The notes beneath the pieces were generated by a model, which was not told where the DNA came from, did not search any database, and was given only the letters and a program-made list of their open reading frames with translations. Both the position numbers and the translations under genes were made by a program. From the human T2T-CHM13v2.0 reference genome, Homo sapiens, in the NCBI RefSeq assembly GCF_009914755.1, contig NC_060933.1: a stretch of 64,000 nt of DNA. One strand, written 5' to 3'. Of this stretch, positions 42,892-64,000 are shown piece after piece (position 1 is the first letter of the stretch; each line of letters starts with the position of its first letter).

Positions 42892-44621
42892 TGTTACAGT
42901 CTCACCAATGCACCATAATGTAGCAGTCTCTCATTGTTCGAGGTATCATCTGGAGTTCTTTGTCTCGTGACCATGAAAATTAAGATGTGTGTACACCAAG
43001 GGTGAGATTGGAATGAAAGTTTAATAAGCAAAAGAAGAAAACTCTCTGCTGTGGAGAGGGGGCCTAAAAGAGGGTTGCCATTTTTACAGTTGAATGCAAA
43101 GGCTTCTATAGGAAACTGATGAGGGCTGGACATCTCATTTGCATAAGGTGCGAATTTCTACTAGCTCCACCCCATGCTCCTAATGTGCATGTGGGCCTTT
43201 AACTTGATTTACTCCATATTGCTTTGTTTCCCTTACTGCGCCTGTGTCAGGGGATGGAATTTTCCATTGCAGGTATGTCTAGGCAAGTTACCTGTGTAGG
43301 CTTTCTTATCTGTGCATCTGTGGGCATGTCTTAGGCAAGCCCCCATGCAAGTTCTCTTGTCTGTGTCTGCAGCTTGATTTTTCTTTTCTTTTTTTGTATT
43401 AAAAAAATGTATTTACTTAGAAGCATTCAGAATGTCAACAAAACAGCTGCAGCTTTTTTTTTTTTTGCAATTACAGAGTGGTATTCTGTTAACAGAACAA
43501 TTATTTTGTATAAGCTGCATCAGAGACAACTGAAGATGAAAAAACTACCATCCCCATATATAACTAAATTGTGCTGTGCACCAACAAGAACCTGCTTTAA
43601 ATTTCCATGCCAATTTACAACCCCCATAGTGTACCAGGCAAGGTTAGTGTCTATTGAAAATACCACCAGGACAGGGCTATCTAAAGACACATTTGGTAGT
43701 GTGTTAACCATACAAAAAAAGACACTATACAGTTTAAAAACAAATCTTACAAAGCCTTGCATTTCAATTTTTTTCTTTAAAAGGAGTGAGTTGTGTACAG
43801 GGGGGTTAAATGCTTTATAGACAAGAAAAGAAACTGCGCTAGAACCAACTTATTCATCATCATCACCTTGTTCTTCATCTTCATCTTCTTCATCTTCCTC
43901 CTCCTCCTCATCCTCTTCGTCTTCCTCATCTTCCTCCTCTTCCTTCTTTTTCTTGCTTTTTTCAGCCTTGACAACTCCCTTTTTTGCTGCATCAGGCTTT
44001 CCTTTAGGTTGATATGCAGCAATATCCTTTTCATATTTTTCCTTCAGCTTTGCAGCCTTCTTTTCAGAAGGCTGCTTGCCATCTGCAGCAATGTCATTCC
44101 ACATCTCTTCCAGTTTCTTTGCAACATCACCAATGGACAGGCCAGGATGTTCTCCTTTGATTTTTGGGCGATACTCAGAGCAGAACAGGAAAAGGGTCAA
44201 AGGAAGCCTCTTGGGTGCATTGGGATACTTGAACCTCTTTTTTTATCTCCCCTTTAGGAGGGATGTAGGTTTTCATTTCTCTTTCGTAATGGGCGTTGTC
44301 CACCTTTGCCATATCTTCAAATTTTCCTTTCTGTTTAGCAGGCATGGTCTTCCACCTCTCTGAGCACTTCTTAGAAAACTCTGAGAAGTTGACTGAAGCA
44401 TCTGGGTGCTTCTCTTATGCTTCTCCAGACAAGTTTGCACAAAAAAATGCAAGTGAGAGCCCATCTGGCTCTCACTTGCCCCGGCACTGTCTCTGTGGAG
44501 CTCAATGTACTGCAATGGCTGTGCAGCTTCGTTTTTCGGGCAGTTCTTTTGTTTGAAAGAATTTAACTGAGAATCCACCCTAACTGCCTGCCTCACCAGT
44601 TTCTTCCTTTCTCCTCTCTCA
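42892..44621 (-). mobile_element. LTR9-like (HUERS-P3 group) ERV1 3' LTR, split by the HMGB1 retrocopy
   Basis: The minus strand begins TGAGAGAGGAGAAAGGAAGAAACTGGTGAGGCAGGCAGTTAGGGTGG right after the polypurine tract GAGGAGGGGGAA and ends ..GTAACA; ATTAAA poly(A) signal near 43020. Confidence 0.75.
43384..44522 (-). pseudogene. HMGB1: Processed HMGB1 pseudogene (probably HMGB1P37, recalled)
   Basis: Intronless 5'UTR (ACAGCCATTGCAGTACATTGAGCTCC), box B plus acidic tail ([37 protein letters not shown]), stop at 43850, 3'UTR, poly(A), TSD GCAGCTTGATTTTTC/GCAGCTTCGTTTTTC. The start codon is deleted and there are frameshifts. Confidence 0.97.
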
Positions 44622-46498
<1,877 letters not shown>

Positions 46499-46519
46499 TG
46501 AGCCACGGTGCCCAGCCCT

Positions 46520-46800
46520 AGATCTGATGGCTTTATAAGGTGGAGTTTCCCTGCACAAGCTCTCTCTTTGCCTGCTGTCATCCACCTAAAATGTGACTTG
46601 CTCCTCCTTGCCTTCCACCATGAATTGTGAGGCCTCTCCAGCCATGTGGAACTCTAAGTCCAATAAACCTCTTTCTTTTGTAAATTGCCCAGTTTTGGGT
46701 ATGTCTTTAGCAGCAGCATGAAAATGGACTAATAAACTCTATCTATCTATCTATCTATCCATCCTATTCATTCCATCTCTCTGGAAAACTCTGATTAATG
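46520..46800 (+). mobile_element. THE1-type LTR 3' half (46520-46733) followed by an MLT2 LTR 3' end with (TCTA)n
   Basis: GATCTGATGG..TTTCCCTGCACAAGCTCTCT..ATGGACTAATA, then TCTATCTATC..ATCCTATT..CTCTCTGGAAAACTCTGATTAAT. Confidence 0.75.
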
Positions 46801-46912
46801 AAACAACTAAATGCAATATGGAATCCCAGAGTGGATCTTGGACTAGAACAGGATATTAGTGGAAAAATGTAGGTAACTATTGTATTATATCAATGTTCAT
46901 TTTTTTTTTTGA

Positions 46913-47017
<105 letters not shown>

Positions 47018-47020
47018 TGA

Positions 47021-47206
<186 letters not shown>

Positions 47207-47654
47207 TAATCACTGTGCAACAATTATGTAAGATGTTAACATTAAGGCAAGCTGGTGAGGAGTGTACCTTTTTTTTTTTTTGAGATGGAGTCTCACTGTG
47301 TAGCCCAGGCTGGAGTGCAGTGGTGCAATCTCAGCTCACGGTAAACTCCGCCTCTGTGGTTCAAGTGATTCTTCTGCCTCAGCCTCCTGAGTGGCTGAGA
47401 CTACAGGCGTGCACCACCACGCCAGGCTAATTTTTGTATTTTTAGTAGAGATGGGGTGTCACCATATTGGCCAGGCTGGTCTTGAACTTCTGACCTCATG
47501 ATCCACCCGCCTTGGCCTCCCAAAGTGCTGGGATTACAGGCGTGAGCCACTGTGCCCGGCCGAGTGTACATTTTTTGTAAATTTTCTGTAGGTAATTTAC
47601 AAAAGAACATTTCAAAAGAAAACCTTTTTTTTATTTAAAACATTAAAAAAAATT

Positions 47655-47890
47655 TTTTTTATTTCCATAGGTTTTTGGGGAACAGGTGATATTTGGTTGC
47701 ACAATAAGTTCTTTCGTGGTGATTCATGAGATTTTGGTGCACCCATCACCCAAGCAGTATACACTGAACCCAATTTGTAGTCTTTTATCTGTCACCTCCT
47801 TCCCACCCTTTCCCCTTGAGTCCCCAAAGTCTATTGTGTCATTCTTAAGCTTTGCATCCTCATAGTTTAGTTTCCACTTATGAGTGAGAA
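47655..47890 (-). mobile_element. L1PB-type 3' end fragment
   Basis: ATAGGTTTTTGGGGAACAGGTG..GAGATTTTGGTGCACCCATCACCCAAGCAGTATACACTG..CCACTTATGAGTGAGAA. Confidence 0.8.
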
Positions 47891-47908
47891 TTTTTTTTTT
47901 TTTTTTGA

Positions 47909-48115
<207 letters not shown>

Positions 48116-48395
48116 TGACCTCAAGTGATTCACCCGCCTTGGCCTCCCAAAGTGCTGGGATTACAGGCGTGGGCCACCGCATCTGGCTGAGTGAGCATTT
48201 TTTTTTTAATTACTTGAGGTCAGGAGTTCTAGACCAGCCTGGCCAACATGGTGAAACCCTGTCTCTACTAAACATATAAAAATTAGCCAGGTATGGTAGC
48301 AGGTGCCTGTCATCCCAGCTATTTGGGAGGCTGAGGCAGGAGAATTGCTTGAACCCCAAGGCAGAGGCTTCAGTGAACCAAAATCATGCCACTGA

Positions 48396-48758
<363 letters not shown>

Positions 48759-49818
48759 TGAAAACAAGAAAAGTAGTCAGTAGTAACCAACAGATTGAAC
48801 AAAGTGTAATCCTTTCATAGGATGGAATGCAATGGCACTATTTAAAAGAATGAGAAAGACCTGAATGTAGGAATATAAAAAGTTCTCTAAGATTTATTAC
48901 TAGCAGGCAACATCAATATGCAGAATAGGAAGTATAGTTTGGACCCATTTCAAGCAAAATTTTAAAAAAGCATATACAGAATTTAAAAATATATATACGT
49001 GCTGACATGTGCATAAAGCTTTTTTTTTTCTGGGAAGAATCACAAGAAATTATCAACAGTGGGGAAAAGATAGTTGGGGGAAGAGACAGTTTTCATTATA
49101 TAACTGTACTGTCTGCATTTTCCAATTTTATTTATGTATTTATTTTGTTTTTTCTTTTTTTGAGACAGCATCTCACTCTGTCATCCAGATTAAAGTGCAG
49201 TGACATGATCATTGCTCACTGCAGCCTCCACTTCCCAGGCTCAAGCGATCCTTCTACCTCAGCCTCCTGACTAGCTGGGACTACAGGCACGTGCTACCAT
49301 GCCCAGATAATTTTCGTGTTTTTTTGGTAGAAATGAGAGTCTCACTTTGTTGCCCAGGCTGGTCTTGAACTCCTGGGCTCAAGTGATCCTTTTGCCTTGG
49401 CCTCCCGAGGTGTTAGGATTACAGGTGTGAGCCACTGTACCCGGCTGGTTTTTTCTTTCAATGCTTTAAATATTTCACTCTCTTGTTGACATGATTTCTG
49501 ACAAGCAGAAACACTAAAAATTATACAAATTATACAAAGAGTTCCCATGCACCCTTCACCCACACTGATGCTCCTTTACCTCTAGATGCCTCAGTCTGTA
49601 TTTCCCCCAAAAAATAACCGCAGGCTAGTGACTAAATCAGGAAATTAAGGTCGATATAGTTCTGTTGTCTTCCACAGACCCTCATCATATTTTCCCTGAA
49701 TTTACCCTCATCATATTTTCTCTGAATCACACCTTGGGTTAGTTATAGCTATTGCTTCTCTTTAGTCTCCTCTAATCTGGACCACCACACCTGGCTATTT
49801 TTTGTTTGTTTGTTTTGA

Positions 49819-49980
<162 letters not shown>

Positions 49981-51404
49981 TAGTAGAGATGGGGTTTCAC
50001 CATGTTGGCCAGGCTGATCTTGAACTCCTAACTTCAGGTGATTCTGCCTGCCTCAGCCCCCCAAAGGGCTGCAATTACAGGAGTGAGCCACTGTGCCTTG
50101 GCCAACGCCCAGCTAATTTTTGTATTTTTTGTAGAGACAAGGTTTCACCATGTTGCCCAGGCTGGTCTTGAACTCCTGAGCTCAAGCGATCCACCTGCCT
50201 TGGCCTCCCAAAGTGCTAGGATTACAGGTGTGAGCCACTGCACCCAGGCTTTGATAGGACTCTTGATAAAGGTTGGCCAGGTTAGTCAGATGCCAAGAGG
50301 AGGGATTTTCAATAAGCAGACCTAGCAGGATTCCTGCTCCAATTGGATTCTGCAAGGACAGAAAGGGAAGCCCAAGAAAGTCCTAATCAAGCAGAGAACT
50401 CAGAGGAGCTTGACTAATATTTTGGTCAAAGGAGTGAGTCTTTGCCAATATAATCAGAGTTATTTCAAAATTTTTATCTGATAATTCCTTATTCTGTTTT
50501 ATATCTGAGTCTGGTTCTGATGCCTGTTTTGCCTCTTCATGCCGTGTTTTTTTCTTGCCTTTTAGCAGACCTTGTGATTTGTTGTAGAAAGCCAGCCATC
50601 GAGTATCTGGTGGTAGGAACCCAGGTAATGAGGCTTTTAGTGTGAGGTTTCATGTTAATCTACTGAGGAGTCGGGCTGTCTGGAATGTTTCCTGCAGCTG
50701 TAGGTGCCACAGGCTTCAAATAAATTCCCCTAGTCCCTCCTTGTTGTTTTTCCTGTTGTCTTTGGTTTGCTAAGAATTCTTTTTTAAAATATTTTTTCAT
50801 TAAAAAATGTTTTTGGCTGGGCACGGTGGCTCACACCTGTAATCCCAGCACTTTGGGAGGCCGGGGTGGGCAGATCACTTGAACCCAGGAGTTTGAGACC
50901 AGACTGACCAACAGGGTAAAACCCCATCTCTACTAAAAACACCAAAATTAGCTGGGCATGTGGTGGCGGCCTGTAATCCCAGCTACTCAGGAGGCAGGAG
51001 AATGGCTTGAACCTGGGAGGCAGAGGTTGCGGTAACTGATTGCACCACTGCACTCCACCTGGGCAACAGAGTGAGACTCTGTCTCAAAAAAACAAAAATA
51101 ATAAAAGTAAACACTTTTTTTCAAGACAGGATCTTACTCTGTTGTCCAGGATGGAGTACAGTGATGCAGTCTCAGCTCACTGCAGCCTCCACCTCCTGGG
51201 CTCAAGCCATCTTCCCACCTCAGTCTCCTGAGTAGCTGGGACCACAGGTGTGCCCCGGCATGTACCAGCTGGGACCACAGGTGTGCACTGGCTAATTTTT
51301 TAATATTTTGTAGAGATGGGTCTTGCCATGTTGCTATGCATTCCAGGCTGGTCTTGAATTCCTAGGCTCAAATGATCCTCCATCTCAGCCTCCCAAAGTG
51401 CTGG

Positions 51405-52080
51405 TGATGGCAGTGGTGGCCTGTCTAGAGAAACCACTGTCGTGACACTGGCTACAGTGGGTGAGGTGCGGCCAGCGCTGCATACTCCATGGAGCCAGTG
51501 GGGGCTGGGGGCTGGGGGCTGGGAGCAGACAGGAGCCCCACCCTTCCAGGCGCAGCGGCAGCTGCCCAATCCGTGGCTGTGGACCCAGGCATTTCTGTAC
51601 TCTCGGGGGCCTGGGAAGACACCCCCTTCCCCCGCAGGCTTGGAAGTTCCTGCTCCCGTTGCCTGGCCTCTCCTTGATCTTGGAGTGAGGTTGGGGCTGA
51701 GCCCAGGCGCTGTCACAGCCCGGCCGGGTGTGGGTACACTTGGTGCAGTGCTGACACACAAGCCGCCTGCCACCTCAGCCCCTTCCAGACTTTGAACACC
51801 GATGAGCAGGGGAGGGAGGCCAAGGAGGAGCTGAGGGTTCGTGCCCTTCCTCGGAGGGAAGGAAGTGTGCACCAATTGGTCCATGAGCGGCCATGAGTGG
51901 GCCTAGAAAAAGCACCACAAGTTCCCACTCCTTTCCATGGGACTGGCAGCCCAGCCCCCAGGCTTCAGGCCCTCCCTGGCTTGAAGGTGGGGCCTCACCA
52001 GGGACCTGCCTTCTCCCACCCAGGAGCCTGTCTGCCTCCTGCTGCCATTCATGGCGCCCAGTCTGTTCATGCCAAGGGGC
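51405..52080 (+). mobile_element. MER52-type ERV1 LTR, 5' portion
   Basis: Begins TGATGGCAGTGGTGGCCTGTCT; GC-rich GGAGCCCC..GCGCAGCGGCAGCTGCCC..GGACCCAGGCAT..CTCTCGGGGGCCTGGGAAG matches the recalled MER52A. Confidence 0.8.
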
Positions 52081-52840
<760 letters not shown>

Positions 52841-54255
52841 CTGGTAGATCACTTCTGGTTGCTGTTATCTGTAAACTAAGAGGTTTCTGCCCTCGAGGCA
52901 TTTGCAGTCTGGAGGGGGAGATAGAGGGTAAACCTGTAATCCTGTCTGTAAGTAAATGCTACAAATTGCAAGAGGTGCTGAGAGGTGCCACAAGAAAGTC
53001 TCCAGGGGAACCTTGAGGCAGAGAGAGGGTCTTGGCTGGCAGCAGTGACTGCTCAGTGGGTGTCTGCAGAAGGTTCAGGCAGAGAGGAAGGGTGGAGGGG
53101 CCAACATTGAGAAGCCAGGAAGCCTCAGACTTTCCAACTCCCTGGCCAGAGCATGGCCCTCTGGCCTTTATATTATCCCTGTTCAGTCATTCTCACCCTT
53201 AGCTTCATTTGACAACTCTGCTGCATCCACTTGGGTGGTTGAGTTGGAGCCATTTTCACCAGGCAGATGCTGTCTGGGCTGGATGACTGTCCTCCTCTCT
53301 GAATAAAGTTGCTTGGGCCTGGTTGGTGATTCTAGGAGAAGAAACCTACAAACAGTGTTCTGATCACAGGTCCTGCTGCCACCAGCCTCAAGAAAGGTAA
53401 GTGATGATCAGAGCCAGAGTCCTGTTTGCTGCTAGATATCCTTGTGTGTGTGAATCACTCTCCTTGATCGCACACCCTGTGTGATAAGCATTATTATCCC
53501 CATTTTACAGACAAGAAAACTGAGGCAGCTAGAAAGGGCAGCAATTCAGACTCAAGTGTCCTAACTTTAGGTCTGAGCTCCACCCCCAACACTCCCACCA
53601 AGGTCACCAATGCTGACCCAATGTGACAAAGCCATGCGTCCTGTGGCCTCAGCGGCCGGCATCTGTCCCAGATGTACACACAGATGCTGTTGGTGATTTA
53701 ATGGCAGGCCCATTGGAAATTTGGCTTGGAGCCTCCATTGTCTCTGCATTTTGTAACCTGGTCCTGAGCAGGGGGCTGGCGGTGGAGGCCACTTTTCATG
53801 GGAACTCAGGCAAGGAGGAAGTGTGAATCGTCAGACCGGGACCCAGGCCAGGAGAGTGAGAAGAAAGCTGGGGCCTTTGCCAAGGCCCAGGGCCCTCGGG
53901 AGCTTCCAGCTGGATGGGGCCTTGTGGGCTGAGCCAGATGTGAACCAGGAACGGCACAGAGTTGCTGGCGACTCATTGACTGCAGGGGAGAGAGACAATG
54001 AGTAAGCTGACATGACGGTCCAGAGGGTGGAGTTGCCATCCAGGCACACAGGGGCCTCCCTTCACCCAGGAGAGCAGCTGATCCATTTTGAGGGAGCAGA
54101 GACGAATCGTAGAGGAGGGACTCCTAGTGTGTCCTGACACCCAAGAGATGAACAAAGATGGACTGGGGGAGAAGGGAGAATGGCCTTTCTGGTGGAGGAA
54201 ACAGCAGGAATAAAGGGCATATCAATGAGGAAATGTCTAACCCATTTGGGGAGCT

Positions 54256-57620
<3,365 letters not shown>

Positions 57621-58209
57621 GGTCATGAGCCGCTTAAACATGGTGGATTGGCCATAGGCATGCATCTGCTTTCCCTCCTCAGACACCACTAACCTGACAG
57701 TAAAGGAATAATCTAAGCTGACCTATGATGACAAAGAAGCTGGGAGAGGAGGCATCTGCCAAGTAAAGATTCCAACCAACCTTTGGAAGATGGCATGCTA
57801 ACAGAGAAGTACCAAGGTCACCAGTGGTTATGACCCAAAGTGCCCATGGAGGAGACACCAAGGCCAATTTGTCCTGAAACATCCCCGAGAGGTCCAAGTC
57901 TTGGAGGGAACAGGGTGCAGCTGGAAGTCTGAACATGGAGGAGTTGTCTCCCAAGCCTTCTCCCTATCCCATGCAGCCAGATGACTAAACCCACAGGCCT
58001 AAAAACAGCATTTTCTTCCTGGAGGAATTGAACTCAAAAGGCCCCAGACTTGTTCAGACCAGGCACAGCAGAGAACAAGACTGCAAACGGGGATTAGGGA
58101 TACGCATTCTGAATGGCAGGATTCCAGACTTTTTTCCTTCACCTGCTCCCAGAATGCCAACAGCCCGGGGTGTCTCCTCCATGCCCTACCCCAAGCAAGA
58201 GATTGGAGG

Positions 58210-64000
<5,791 letters not shown>

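Noticed and set aside
43793-44257. 154-aa hydrophobic, membrane-like ORF on the plus strand
   Set aside because: It is the antisense reading of the HMGB1 acidic-tail GAA/GAT repeat.

Overview
This is primate (human-like) nuclear genomic DNA, extremely Alu-rich, with no intact protein-coding gene. I recognise it from memory, not from a search, as the 5' half and upstream flank of the GGTA1/GGTA1P alpha-1,3-galactosyltransferase pseudogene (human 9q33.2) on the minus strand. Exon 1 (~23689-23790) sits in a CpG-island promoter, and a 5' internal exon lies at 3107-3325; the canonical ATG exon should lie left of the window. Intron 1 holds a full-length 7SL retrocopy, a 5S rRNA 5' fragment, hAT fossils and many Alus; a U2 5' fragment lies in the next intron. 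Upstream are a MER4-group ERV remnant and a ~10 kb nest of elements (36.5-46.8 kb): an MLT2 LTR and ERVL pol, an MST LTR containing a full-length THE1, and an LTR9-like ERV1 3' end whose LTR carries a processed HMGB1 pseudogene. Further right are MER52, L1 and L2 fragments and dense Alu clusters. Nearly all ORFs in the track are Alu or repeat artefacts. I found no convincing new biological system. The most interesting observations are (1) an in-frame upstream ATG with uORFs and an alternative donor in the GGTA1P internal exon, (2) a fold-back template-switch scar that removed the HMGB1 pseudogene start codon, (3) a tailless 5S retrocopy with microhomology to its TSD, and (4) a diverged local duplication of CpG-island sequence. 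Repeat family names come from recalled consensus sequences, and most repeat boundaries are approximate.
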